The translations under genes and the position numbers were made by a program. The notes under the pieces are model-generated. The model had not been told where the DNA came from. It saw nothing but the letters and a program-made list of their open reading frames with translations, and searched no databases. A stretch of 64,000 nt of DNA from Pirellulaceae bacterium (GTDB taxonomy: Bacteria; Planctomycetota; Planctomycetia; Pirellulales; Pirellulaceae): NCBI GenBank assembly GCA_033761895.1, contig JANRMD010000115.1, positions 6,926 through 70,925 on the forward strand, read 5' to 3'. Position 1 is the first letter of the stretch. Each line of letters opens with the position of its first letter. This document shows, in pieces, positions 47,734 through 57,918 of this stretch.

Positions 47734-50283
47734 TTACACGTCCAAGTTACGGACTTCCAACGCATGTTTCTCGATGAACTGCCGCCGAGGTTCGACTTTA
47801 TCGCCCATCAGCACGCGGAACATCTCGTCCGCCGCGCCAGCGTCGACCAATGAGACTTGCAGCAGGGTGCGGTTCGCGCGATCGAGCGTTGTTTCCCGAA
47901 GTTCTTCGGGGTTCATTTCACCCAACCCCTTGAAGCGGGTCACCTGCATGCCTTTCTCACCTGCGGAACGAATGGTCGGCAGCAGCACGCGAAGGTCATC
48001 CATACCGGAACGATTGTCTTCACGGTTCACATGGAATTTCGACTCGGTCTTGCCTGTGCGCTCCTGCGGTATCAAGTCTTGAATCGTGAACCCGTGTTTG
48101 GCGAGTTCCTTGAGGGCCGTGTTAATCGTCTTGACTTCATGCATCTCAACAAAGTGAGCTTGCAGCGGTGCGTTGCTTGCATCGGTTGTGTTGGGTGCGC
48201 TCTCAGGTGTTGGGCCTTCATCGGAAACTGGCGACATCGAAACGCGAGCTTCTAACGACAGGCCTTCCTTGGTAGCGAAGTCATCCATGTCTTTTCGCGT
48301 TTGGAAGAAGTGCGCGTCGTTGCCAACTTTTAATAGGAACTCGGGCACACGCAGTGTCTTTTCGTCGATGCGTTTGGCATGTTCCTTGAGACCCACACCA
48401 CGGCGTTCCAGAGCCAGAAGAGCATCTTCCATGGTTGCCAGCGTTTCTGCCAAGTGCCGCATATCCGCGCCTTCGATACGGCGTCCATCGTCAGTCTCAA
48501 GCCAGCAGTCGGCCAAGCCGCGTTCCAGCAACTGGGTCTTCATCTCGACTTCAGACTGCACATAGTACCGCTCCTTCTTACCACGCACGACGCGGAACAA
48601 AGGCGGTTGAGCCAAGTAGACATGCCCACCAGCTACCAATTGGTACATCTGTCGATAGAAGAAGCATAACAGCAAGGTTCGAATGTGCGAACCGTCGACG
48701 TCGGCGTCAGTCATGATGATGACTTTGTTGTAACGACGCTTGCCAATTTCTTGATCCGCCCCAATACCGCTGCCGATGGCTTGGATCATGCTTTGGACTT
48801 CCTCGTTAGCCAGCACTTTATCTTCGCGGCTCTTGTACGCGTTGATGATCTTACCGCGGAGAGGCAAGATGGCTTGGAAATCGCGGAAGCGTCCACCTTC
48901 GGCGCTACCACCCGCGGAATCACCTTCCACTAGGTACAGTTCGCATTCTTCCATCTTGTTGCTGATGCAGTCACGCAATTTGCCTGGCAGGCCGCCGCCG
49001 CTGAGTGCATCTTTGCGTTTGCGAAGCGCGTCCTTGGCTTTCTTGGCCGCCTCCCGAGCTTCGCAGGCCAGCAGGCCTTTCTTCGCAATCAGTTTGGCAT
49101 TTTTGGGATTCTCTTCCATGTATCTTTGCAGAGCATCCCCCACAGCACTGTTGATGATCCCTTCAATTTCGCTGTTGCCAAGTTTGGTTTTCGTTTGGCC
49201 TTCGAATTGCGGATGAGGCACGCGGAGGCTGATCACTGCAGTCAGACCTTCACGGAAGTCATCGCCGGTCGGCACGAGATCTTTGAACAAGTTCTCTTTC
49301 TTGCCGTAGTTGTTTAGTGTTCGCGTCAGGGCTGAACGGAATCCAGAGACGTGTGTGCCGCCTTCGATCGTATGGATGTTGTTGGCATACGATTGAACGT
49401 TTTCGGTGTATTCGGTTGAATACTGCAGAGCGATTTCGAACGTGACTTCGTTTTCGTTGTCATCGATCCGCGAACCCTTGATCATGATCACGTCGGGATG
49501 AATTGCATCGCTCGCTCGGTTGAGATACTCAACAAACTCCTCAATCCCGCGTTCGTAGTAGAACTCGTCGCCATCATTCTTGCGTTCGTCACGGAATTTG
49601 ACCCGCACTCCGCTGTTCAAAAACGCGAGCTCCTGCAGACGCTTGTGAAGCGTGTCGTAAACGAAAGTTGTATTTGGGAAAATCTGACCATCGGGCTTGA
49701 AGGTGGTCTTGGTACCGCGATGTGTTGTCGTGCGGCCTTTGACAACTGGGCCAGTGGCGACGCCGCGTTCGTAAGCTTGGGTCCACACAAACCCGTCGCG
49801 ATGAACTTCGACTTCGCACCACTGCGACAGAAAGTTGACAACCGTTACGCCGACGCCGTGCAGACCGCCGGATGTCTTGTAGGAATTCTTGTCGAACTTG
49901 CCGCCGAACTTGAGGACTGTCATTACCCCTTCGAGCGTACTGATCTCGCGATCCATCTCCTGGCTCAGCTGAGCGTGGATGCCGGTTGGAATACCACGAC
50001 CATCGTCTTCGACCGTAACCGAACCATCCGTGTTCACGGTGACGGAAACGCTCTTCGCGTGTCCCGCCATGGCTTCGTCAATCGAGTTATCAACGACTTC
50101 GTAAACTAGGTGGTGAAGGCCTTTGAGCGTCGTGTCGCCGATGTACATACCCGGCCGAGCACGCACGTGCTCCATGTCGCTCAAGTGTTTTAGATCGTCT
50201 GATGAATAAGACCCTTTTTCGAGATTGATTTCGTTTTCATCAGTTGGCTTGGGGTCGTTTCCAGAATCCGATTCGTTACTCAT
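47734..50283 (-). CDS. gyrB: DNA gyrase subunit B
   Basis: RPGMYIG, EVVDNSIDE, SGGLHGVG, VEGDSAGG, PLRGK, MTDADVDG and RFKGLGEMNPE motifs. Confidence 0.97.
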   Translation of the reverse strand: MSNESDSGNDPKPTDENEINLEKGSYSSDDLKHLSDMEHVRARPGMYIGDTTLKGLHHLVYEVVDNSIDEAMAGHAKSVSVTVNTDGSVTVEDDGRGIPTGIHAQLSQEMDREISTLEGVMTVLKFGGKFDKNSYKTSGGLHGVGVTVVNFLSQWCEVEVHRDGFVWTQAYERGVATGPVVKGRTTTHRGTKTTFKPDGQIFPNTTFVYDTLHKRLQELAFLNSGVRVKFRDERKNDGDEFYYERGIEEFVEYLNRASDAIHPDVIMIKGSRIDDNENEVTFEIALQYSTEYTENVQSYANNIHTIEGGTHVSGFRSALTRTLNNYGKKENLFKDLVPTGDDFREGLTAVISLRVPHPQFEGQTKTKLGNSEIEGIINSAVGDALQRYMEENPKNAKLIAKKGLLACEAREAAKKAKDALRKRKDALSGGGLPGKLRDCISNKMEECELYLVEGDSAGGSAEGGRFRDFQAILPLRGKIINAYKSREDKVLANEEVQSMIQAIGSGIGADQEIGKRRYNKVIIMTDADVDGSHIRTLLLCFFYRQMYQLVAGGHVYLAQPPLFRVVRGKKERYYVQSEVEMKTQLLERGLADCWLETDDGRRIEGADMRHLAETLATMEDALLALERRGVGLKEHAKRIDEKTLRVPEFLLKVGNDAHFFQTRKDMDDFATKEGLSLEARVSMSPVSDEGPTPESAPNTTDASNAPLQAHFVEMHEVKTINTALKELAKHGFTIQDLIPQERTGKTESKFHVNREDNRSGMDDLRVLLPTIRSAGEKGMQVTRFKGLGEMNPEELRETTLDRANRTLLQVSLVDAGAADEMFRVLMGDKVEPRRQFIEKHALEVRNLDV

Positions 50284-50597
50284 CCTAGTATTCCACCGAG
50301 CGCAAGCCCGGCTCCAAACGAGAGATTAACTATGGTTTGCATCGAAGCTAAGCGACGGATTTGCGTTCGCCCAGTCTGTCCACTTTTCCGCGATTTTGCC
50401 TGCGAAAAGCGGCATTCAAAACGGGCTGTCATTCTAGCATCTTTGGGCTGGTTTGGTGACCCCTAATAGCTCAATTGCGCCCTTTTGTGCATAGTCGTAA
50501 GTTGTTGAGGGATAGGGGGTTGGAGGAGGCGCCCAGACAATCTTCGATGCCTCCCGCCAGCGGGTCGCTCCTGCCGGGTGCGACCGTGTTCGCCTAT

Positions 50598-50975
50598 GGT
50601 GGCTGGCACCTTGCGCGTGAGGCTCTAGCCTTCGGTCGTCGGTAGGTGGCTGGCACCTTGCGCGGTAGTCGGAAGGTGGCTGGCACCTTGCGCGGTACGG
50701 GTGGGGGCAGGTGGGAGTCGTTTCACCGCGGAGCGGTCTTCGGACAATAGCCGGTGGTAAGCGGAGCGCCACCACCGGAATGTTCGCGGAACAGGTGTTT
50801 GATCCTGAAGGGATCACAGAATCAGGGATGAGCGTGGTATGCGCGTCAACTCTGCGATCCCTTCTGGATCGGCACTCACGCGACCACCCCAACCGGTGGT
50901 GGCGCTCCGCTTACCACCGGCTATTGGCTTGGATCCTTTCAGAATGGTTTGGTCGGGCGTAAGGTGGCTGGCACC
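50598..50975. repeat. GGTGGCTGGCACC repeat x4
   Basis: Copies start at 50598, 50645, 50675 and 50963; three continue TTGCGCG. Confidence 0.8.
50745..50926. repeat. Nested inverted-repeat (BIME-like) element with perfect 34-bp arms
   Basis: CAATAGCCGGTGGTAAGCGGAGCGCCACCACCGG (50745-50778) is the exact reverse complement of 50893-50926. Inner 20-bp arms at 50801-50820 and 50851-50870 differ at 2 positions. Confidence 0.85.
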
Positions 50976-51133
50976 ATCTGACACTTGGCAAGCAAGCAAA
51001 CCAAACCCGGCAATGCATGCTTCGTTAGTAGCCAAGAAAAGCTGACCCATCAACCAACATCATTGCCGACGAAAACGCTAGCAAAAACCACACTTTGTCG
51101 GCTGTGTCCTCCAAGGCGATTTGCTCGGGTCGA

Positions 51134-51323
51134 GTACTAGTACCGCTTTGCTGAGTACGAGTACCACTTTGCTGAGTACGAGTACGAACCGTGGCTGGGG
51201 CCGAGCTTGCGCGCAGAGCCGTGCAGCTGGTCGCACTTGGCAAGTGCGACCCACCATCGCGCCGAACCTGCCCGCAGTGCACTTGGTACACGGAGTTCTT
51301 GGTACACGGAGCTCTTGGTACAC
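51134..51323. repeat. Short tandem repeats: 21-bp GTACGAGTACC..TTTGCTGA unit and 16-bp TTGGTACACGGAG.TC unit
   Basis: 21-bp period at 51134-51187; 16-bp period at 51283-51323. Confidence 0.7.
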
Positions 51324-51386
51324 TGGTGGCATCCTGCCTTCACAACTTCCCGCGTTACAACTTCTTCTCTTACAAGGCGAACTACC

Positions 51387-52283
51387 ATGCCCTGCCATCC
51401 CTGTGCCAGCTTTGGTCGCCCGATGTTTGTTGTGCTGTCAATTATCTGCGTGCAAGCCATCACCAGCGTTCAATACTCTCAATCGGCTGAACCCGAAGCG
51501 ATTCCGTTATGGGTCGACGGGGCGCCAGGCTCTGAAGCTCGAAAAGCAGAAGCAGAGAAGGCCGACATTGGGCCAGGCAAATGCAATGTGAGCAACGTCC
51601 ACCATCCGTCGATCACTCCCTATCTGCCGGCTGCCGACAAAGCCACTGGGACCGCGATCATCATTGCTCCCGGCGGTGGTCACCGCGTCCTCTGTCTTGG
51701 CCACGAAGGCAACAGTTTAGGAGAGTGGTTCGCAGAACATGGCATCGCTGCTTTTGTTCTGAAATATCGGCTGGCGCGTGAGCCGGGTTCCACTTACACA
51801 GTTGATGAGCATGCGATGGCTGACACTCGCCGAGCCATCCGCATGGTGCGCAGTCGAACGGTAGAATGGAAGCTTGATCCCACACGTATTGGTGTACTTG
51901 GATTTTCTGCTGGAGGCGAATTGGCTGCGTTAGCTGCCATGAAGTCCGACGCGGGTAAGCCCGACGCAACCGACCTTATTGAACGAGTCAGCAGTCGCCC
52001 AGACTTTCAAGCACTAATCTATCCGGGCAGCTCAAATCGCTTTACGGTTGAAGCTGGCATGCCCCCCGCTTTCATCGCTTTGGGGGCGAAAGATCGGCCA
52101 GACATTTCGCTTGGTATGGCGCAGTTGTATTTGAAGTACAAAGAAGCTGGCGTTCCCGCAGAACTGCATATCTACTCGAACGCTGGCCACGGTTTTGGTT
52201 ATCGCCCTGAATCCAAGTCTGCTGACGGCGCTTGGCCGATGCGTTTGCGAGAGTGGTTGATCGACAGCAAGTTGATGAATTGA
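51387..52283 (+). CDS. Alpha/beta hydrolase (esterase, BD-FAE/xylan esterase-like), exported
   Basis: APGGGH, GFSAGG nucleophile motif and GHGFG. The start is likely 51387 or slightly downstream; the ORF-track extension runs through repeats. Confidence 0.85.
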   Translation: MPCHPCASFGRPMFVVLSIICVQAITSVQYSQSAEPEAIPLWVDGAPGSEARKAEAEKADIGPGKCNVSNVHHPSITPYLPAADKATGTAIIIAPGGGHRVLCLGHEGNSLGEWFAEHGIAAFVLKYRLAREPGSTYTVDEHAMADTRRAIRMVRSRTVEWKLDPTRIGVLGFSAGGELAALAAMKSDAGKPDATDLIERVSSRPDFQALIYPGSSNRFTVEAGMPPAFIALGAKDRPDISLGMAQLYLKYKEAGVPAELHIYSNAGHGFGYRPESKSADGAWPMRLREWLIDSKLMN

Positions 52284-52302
52284 ACCTAGGCAGCAGACGT
52301 AA

Positions 52303-53988
52303 TCATTTGTATTCAAAAACGACTTGCCCATCATAGATGGTTTTCATGACCTTGGCGTCTTTCACTTGCTCCACTGGAACGGCAAAAATATCGCGATCCC
52401 AAACGACAATATCCGCTAACATGCCTGCCTCCAAACGCCCTTTCTCATCTTCAGCGAACTGTGCATAAGCAGCCCCGCTGGTGTAAGCTTGCAGCGAATC
52501 CTGTAACGACAAGCGTTGTTCAGGAATAAAGCCATCCTTGGGTTTGCCATCCAAAGTTTGGCGTGTCATAGCCGTGTGCAGCCCGGGAATCGGGTCGAGT
52601 CCCACAACTGGCCAGTCGGTTCCAAATGCCAAGTGACCACCAGCATCCTGAAGGCTCTTCCAAATCCAGGCCCGCGACGAACGTTCAGGGCCCAGGTTTA
52701 CCGCCCAGACGTTGAAGATATTGCTGTTCGGATTCGCATGAAACGGTTGCATCGAGGCGATGATTCCCAGTTTACCGAATCTCGGAATGTCTTCACGGCT
52801 GACCGATTCGATATGTTCCAGTCGATGTCTTCGGCCTTTCGCTGGGGTAGGATTTACTTGGGTTGCATGCTCCAAGGCGTCCAGGGTCATGCGAATGCCC
52901 CCATCACCGATCGCATGCACCATGACCTGATAACCGTGACGATCCAGCGCTGCGATAACGCGATTCATGTCTTCTTGCGTATACTCGGGCAGACCACGAA
53001 TTGGCTGATTGGAATAAGGTTGTAGCAGCGCTGCTGTATGAGCCTCAATGACACCGTCAGCATACAGTTTGACAGCACCGATCGAGAGGTTCTTGAAACG
53101 CGCTCGCAGCGCATCCAACTGGTCGATCTCCTCTTCGGTCATGCGCGGCCTCCCTTCAAGCGCAATGTGAATCCGCAAATTCAATTCACCGTTTTTTTGT
53201 AGGGAATCGAGCACCTCTAATTCAGTCAAGCCGATCCCCGCTTCCTGAACACTGGTAACGCCCAATCGATGAGCCTCCCGAATAGCGGCTCGAAGCGTCT
53301 CTTGCTTTTCTGCCCTGGTTAACTTGGGCAGCACCCCATCAGCCAACGACATGGCCGATTCTTTCAAAACCCCAGTTGGTTCACCTTGGGCATCGCGCAC
53401 CACGATTCCGTTCTCCGGGTCTTTGGTATCGCGAGTGATGCCTGCCGCCTTGAGTGCTTGGGAATTCAACCACATACTGTGCCCGTCGTAGCACTTCATC
53501 ACAGCGGGACGATCTGGGATCAACGCGTCCAGTTGTTCACGCGTTGGCAAACCATTTTCAAAGAACCCATAGAGCCAACCGCGTCCCACAATTACCGCAT
53601 TTTTCGGATGGGCAATTGAAAACGAACGTATGCGATTGCCGATATCCTCGAGTGAAACCGCATCCAGTAAATCGACCTGCTGCAACGATTCGCTGCCTGA
53701 GAACATATGTACGTGAGCATCATTGAAGGCTGGCGAAACAGTGGCACCGTCAGCATCAATTCGGAGGGTGTTCCTACCTGCTAGTTTCTCAATGTCCGCT
53801 CGCTTGCCAATCGCCTGGATCTTATTGCCCCGGATTGCAATCGCTTCAGCGAAACGATTGGGAGGCGAATAAACTTTGGCATTAACGATAACGATGTCAC
53901 TAACTTGTGGAGACCCCATTAGAAGCGACGAGACGCCACCAACCAATAACGCCGAGAGAATCAGAAGCAACACGACTTTAGTTTTCAT
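52303..53988 (-). CDS. Amidohydrolase (YtcJ-like, amidohydro_3), exported
   Basis: FNDAHVH, VKLYADG, VHAIGDG, RLEHIE, FGTDWP and LADIVV motifs. Confidence 0.9.
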   Translation of the reverse strand: MKTKVVLLLILSALLVGGVSSLLMGSPQVSDIVIVNAKVYSPPNRFAEAIAIRGNKIQAIGKRADIEKLAGRNTLRIDADGATVSPAFNDAHVHMFSGSESLQQVDLLDAVSLEDIGNRIRSFSIAHPKNAVIVGRGWLYGFFENGLPTREQLDALIPDRPAVMKCYDGHSMWLNSQALKAAGITRDTKDPENGIVVRDAQGEPTGVLKESAMSLADGVLPKLTRAEKQETLRAAIREAHRLGVTSVQEAGIGLTELEVLDSLQKNGELNLRIHIALEGRPRMTEEEIDQLDALRARFKNLSIGAVKLYADGVIEAHTAALLQPYSNQPIRGLPEYTQEDMNRVIAALDRHGYQVMVHAIGDGGIRMTLDALEHATQVNPTPAKGRRHRLEHIESVSREDIPRFGKLGIIASMQPFHANPNSNIFNVWAVNLGPERSSRAWIWKSLQDAGGHLAFGTDWPVVGLDPIPGLHTAMTRQTLDGKPKDGFIPEQRLSLQDSLQAYTSGAAYAQFAEDEKGRLEAGMLADIVVWDRDIFAVPVEQVKDAKVMKTIYDGQVVFEYK

Positions 53989-54058
53989 GGCTTGCCTAGC
54001 AAGTAAATCAGTGAGCTGGTGAGGCTCATTATACTGTCATTCTGGATTGTTAGTATTT

Positions 54059-54138
54059 GTAACGGATGGCGTCAAGCATCTCAGCAATTCAGTGTATTCG
54101 CAAAATAGCTTTGTTGGCGCCTTGTCGGCTTCCGCTAC
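54059..54138. repeat. Degenerate inverted pair of GTAG-type REP family B
   Basis: GTAACGGATGGCGTCAAGCATC on + (54059) and GTAGCGGAAGCCGACAAGG on - (ends 54138). Confidence 0.6.
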
Positions 54139-54148
54139 CTGTCAGCCG

Positions 54149-55600
54149 TTAGCGACTCGACGGGCGACCAACACTAATCAACAGCAGCCCCAAGAATGTC
54201 AACGCTCCATTGACCAGCAGCGTTTCGAACCCCATTTGATAATCGTTGAACAGATCCTTGCTGTACGCGCGCAACAAAAACGAACCTACTGCCGCGGCAA
54301 TACACACAACCGGCACCAGCCATTCACGAGTCATTCGCGTGGTCAGGATTCCGAAGCAAAATAGGCCTAACAGCGGCCCGTAAGTGATCGCTGCTAAATC
54401 TAGTACCGTCTTGATAATGGACTCATCGTTGCGCCAATAAAACCACAGCACTAACGCTTGAAACAAGACTGCGATTGCAAGATGCACGGACTTGCGCACC
54501 CGAATCTGCTTGACCTCATCCCAATTTCGATCACGAATCCCAATCAGATCGATGCAAGTACTCGCGGTCAGTGCGGTCAACGCGCCATCGGCACTCGGGA
54601 ACAACGCGCTGATCAACCCGATGATAAACAGCAGCCCCAACCAGGTCGGAAAATACTCTAGTGCCAGAGTGGGAAACAAATCATCGCTTTTCTCGGGCAT
54701 CGCCAAGCCAAGTTGCTGAACCTTCAGGTAGATCAAAGCACCCAGTAAAAGAAACAGGACATTTGTGAGCAGTAACACAAAACTGAACACCCACATGTTC
54801 TTCTGGGCACCCGCCAATGTCCGCACACTCAAGTTCTTCTGCATCATCTCTTGATCCAAGCCCGTCATGGCAATCGTGATGAAGATGCCACTGAGGATCT
54901 GCTTGGCAAAGAACTGGGCGTTTCTCCAGTCAGTCTCAATCACGCGCAGCATACCGCTGTCCGTCAACCGTTGCCGCCAATCCACCATCGCTGGATCACT
55001 GACGATGTACAGAATCGTCCCGACAAGTGCAGCGAGCATAAACAAGGTCTGCAGCGTATCGGTCCAAACGATCGTCTTCACGCCACCTTGAAGCGTGTAC
55101 AAGAAGATCATCAGCAGCACGACTCCACTGGTCACCCAAAAGGGAATGCCAATCTCACTCAGTAAATACTGATGGATTACATACAGCACGATATAGATCC
55201 GTGCGGTGGCGCCCAACAATCGACTGACAATGAAAAGTGCGCTACCTGATTTGTAGCTAACTTCACCAAACCTCTGACGCAAGTAACCGTAGATACTGGT
55301 CAGCTGCAAACGGTAGTAAAGTGGCAACAAAACGCTGGCTACAATCCAATAGCCGATGACGAACCCAATGACCACTTGCAGGTAAGTCCATTGCGATTTG
55401 TAGACAGCCCCAGGCACGCTGATGAACGTCACTCCGCTCAGCGATGTTCCAACCATTCCAAAGGCTACGATCCACCACAGACTCTTGCGTTCACCTGAGT
55501 AAAACGCATGTTCACCCGCACCTCGCGAGGTGTACCACGCAATCGCTAGCAGCACCGCGAAGTATCCGAAAACGACAACGAGCAAGAGGGTGGAATTCAT
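54149..55600 (-). CDS. Sodium:solute symporter (SSS family)
   Basis: GTSLSGVTFISVPG, MTGLDQEMMQK and PSADGAL motifs; about 13 TM segments. ATGA overlap with the upstream gene. Confidence 0.9.
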   Translation of the reverse strand: MNSTLLLVVVFGYFAVLLAIAWYTSRGAGEHAFYSGERKSLWWIVAFGMVGTSLSGVTFISVPGAVYKSQWTYLQVVIGFVIGYWIVASVLLPLYYRLQLTSIYGYLRQRFGEVSYKSGSALFIVSRLLGATARIYIVLYVIHQYLLSEIGIPFWVTSGVVLLMIFLYTLQGGVKTIVWTDTLQTLFMLAALVGTILYIVSDPAMVDWRQRLTDSGMLRVIETDWRNAQFFAKQILSGIFITIAMTGLDQEMMQKNLSVRTLAGAQKNMWVFSFVLLLTNVLFLLLGALIYLKVQQLGLAMPEKSDDLFPTLALEYFPTWLGLLFIIGLISALFPSADGALTALTASTCIDLIGIRDRNWDEVKQIRVRKSVHLAIAVLFQALVLWFYWRNDESIIKTVLDLAAITYGPLLGLFCFGILTTRMTREWLVPVVCIAAAVGSFLLRAYSKDLFNDYQMGFETLLVNGALTFLGLLLISVGRPSSR

Positions 55601-57918
55601 TCGTTCAAACTTTCGGCCGCAGGTTTCGGTCCGCGATCAAAATGTGCCAGCAAACTAGGCAGTAAAAAGAGATCACAAACCAACGCCGCGATCAAGGTAA
55701 TGACTCCCAGAATACCAAACACGCGGTGATCGCGTGTCTCGCTAATCAGCACTGAACTGAATCCAGCGACCAAGACGATCGTCGTCATGATCATCCCAGT
55801 CCCAACGCCTTGAAACGCTTGCTGAAGCGCCAAACGCCGATCCGGCTGGTGCAGTTGCTCTTCTCGATAACGCGACAAAAAATGAATAGTGTCATCGACG
55901 GCAATCCCCAAGCAGATTGTGAACGAACAAACGCTCACAATGTCCAGCGGCCAGCCGAAAATCGCCATAAACGTTCCAGCCGCCGCCAGTGGAACCATGT
56001 TCGGCACGATCGCAATCAGCCCCAGCTTCAAGGATCGAAACGCAATTCCCATTACAATGAGGATCTCAATCGAGGCGGTCCCCAGACTGGTCGCTAGATC
56101 GGAGACGATCTTGTACAAGTTCCGCCACCGCCAAATGGGACCGCCTTCCATCTTGCAGGTAAAGCCCGCATGCTCTTGCTCGATAAGCTTCAACCCCGCT
56201 TCGACACGTTCAAAAGTCGGCTTGTACTTCGCAGTACCAAGATCTTTAACGCGAAAGTTCACAATCGCTTGCCGATTATCAGGATCATACAACGCCAACT
56301 TCAATGGAGGCGGTAATAACTCCGCCATCGGCATCTTGTCCACCGCGGATTCCTCGCCGGGCAAAGCAGCTAACAACTTACACAGCGATAAAGGATGCGC
56401 GAGCAGTGGTTCTTGGTCGAGTAGTTTGTCGATTTTGTCAATCACGGTTGCAATCATCCGCGGCTCGCTCGCCTCATCGTTCCAGTTCAAACGAATCGAA
56501 CCAACTTCCAAGCCCCCCATCGTCGCATCCAGCCCCGCCAACGCCTGCTGCGCTTCACTACCGCTAGGTAACGCGTTCGACTGGCGATCATCAGGACGCA
56601 ACTGAAAGGTCATCGTTGCCAAAACAATCAACAAAAAAATGGCGAAGTAGGCTACATACCGCGAGTATCGAACCACCGCCATCACCGGTTCACCCACATG
56701 TTGCAAGTAACGATCCACGATCCCTCGATCCGCCCCCTTGGCCAACATCCGCCCCAATCCAGTACAACATGCAAGCGGAATCACAAGCAGCACGGCAATC
56801 AAGATCGTCGAAGATCCGAGCACACAAGAGTAGGCAAACTCGCGGACTACTTCATTGCGTGAGAACCCTAGCGACCCCATCCCGATCGAAGTCGTAATCG
56901 TGGTTAGGCTACATGCGACACCCACCGTCGCTAGTGCATTGCGGCACGCGACTTTAGGCAGTTGGCCTTCGCTTAAGCACGAACGAATGTAGACCATCAT
57001 GTGCACACCATCCGCAAAGCCAACTAAGCTTAGGAGAACTGGCAAAATCACTTGACTGAACGGATTGTCCTCCCAACCAAAGTAACGCAAGTATCCCAAC
57101 GATAAAAACACACCCAGCGCCGGTGCAGCAGCCACCACAAGCACCACGACGAACCCGCGAAACAGCACGATGGCCATCGCGAGAATCATGCCATAGCCAA
57201 TCAGTTGAAACGTAAACTCGTTCGAGGCCTGATTCGCAAGCATCGCAATCCGTATGGGCACGCCTCCAGTCATCGCAAACGACATCTCAACGTCAGGATG
57301 TTTTTCCAAAGTGGCTTTCGCAACGTCGACCACATGCGTGGTGCAGTCCGCATCCTCATCCACAAAAATCCAGTTGAAATTGATTCCAATCAGCAGCGTG
57401 TTCGCATCTTTTGACAAGAACATTCCGACCACCAACGGATGCTTAAGCGCCTTCTCTTTGGCCAACGCAAAGCGCTGCGGAGAGGCCTGCCCTCGCGGCA
57501 GAATCGGTTCCGACAAACCAAAGATGTTCAGTGGTGGAGCTTGATCGAGCCACTGGACACTGGCAATCGTATCCTGCTGCTCCAGCGTAGCCACAATGTC
57601 GCGGATGGCGGCCGCGCCCTCGCGAGTAAAGAACTGTTTCGATTCAACGACTAAAAACGCTTGGGCACGGCCGAGCGAATTGCGTTCAACATTCATCGCT
57701 GGAGTCTGACGTCGCTGGTTGGCCTTCCTTTGTGCCTCGTCTTTCGCAACTTCAGCGGGCTTCAAACCTCGCCATAGATCTTGCGGCCAAGTCGGACGAA
57801 AATAGCCGCCCACGGCGAGCAAGATAAGTAACACCAACGCGGATGAGCAAACCCAAGGATGGTCAACGATGCTTGCGAATGTGCGCGAGATCCACGATTG
57901 GGGTGCACTACTTTCCAC
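55597..57918 (-). CDS. MMPL/RND-family (hopanoid/sterol-sensing type) transporter
   Basis: Two repeats of a periplasmic domain plus TM bundle; VGFADGVH and GIAVDDTIHF motifs. The start is GTG 57918 or 57939. Confidence 0.88.
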   Translation of the reverse strand: MESSAPQSWISRTFASIVDHPWVCSSALVLLILLAVGGYFRPTWPQDLWRGLKPAEVAKDEAQRKANQRRQTPAMNVERNSLGRAQAFLVVESKQFFTREGAAAIRDIVATLEQQDTIASVQWLDQAPPLNIFGLSEPILPRGQASPQRFALAKEKALKHPLVVGMFLSKDANTLLIGINFNWIFVDEDADCTTHVVDVAKATLEKHPDVEMSFAMTGGVPIRIAMLANQASNEFTFQLIGYGMILAMAIVLFRGFVVVLVVAAAPALGVFLSLGYLRYFGWEDNPFSQVILPVLLSLVGFADGVHMMVYIRSCLSEGQLPKVACRNALATVGVACSLTTITTSIGMGSLGFSRNEVVREFAYSCVLGSSTILIAVLLVIPLACCTGLGRMLAKGADRGIVDRYLQHVGEPVMAVVRYSRYVAYFAIFLLIVLATMTFQLRPDDRQSNALPSGSEAQQALAGLDATMGGLEVGSIRLNWNDEASEPRMIATVIDKIDKLLDQEPLLAHPLSLCKLLAALPGEESAVDKMPMAELLPPPLKLALYDPDNRQAIVNFRVKDLGTAKYKPTFERVEAGLKLIEQEHAGFTCKMEGGPIWRWRNLYKIVSDLATSLGTASIEILIVMGIAFRSLKLGLIAIVPNMVPLAAAGTFMAIFGWPLDIVSVCSFTICLGIAVDDTIHFLSRYREEQLHQPDRRLALQQAFQGVGTGMIMTTIVLVAGFSSVLISETRDHRVFGILGVITLIAALVCDLFLLPSLLAHFDRGPKPAAESLNE

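Noticed and set aside
47734-50283. Long insertion in the GyrB TOPRIM region and absence of adjacent gyrA
   Set aside because: A similar insertion is known in E. coli-type GyrB, and separated gyrA/gyrB is common.
50434-51591. Several 68-156-aa ORFs in the gyrB upstream interval
   Set aside because: Their periodic sequences (RARCQPP, STSTTLL) simply translate the DNA repeats; there is no coding evidence.
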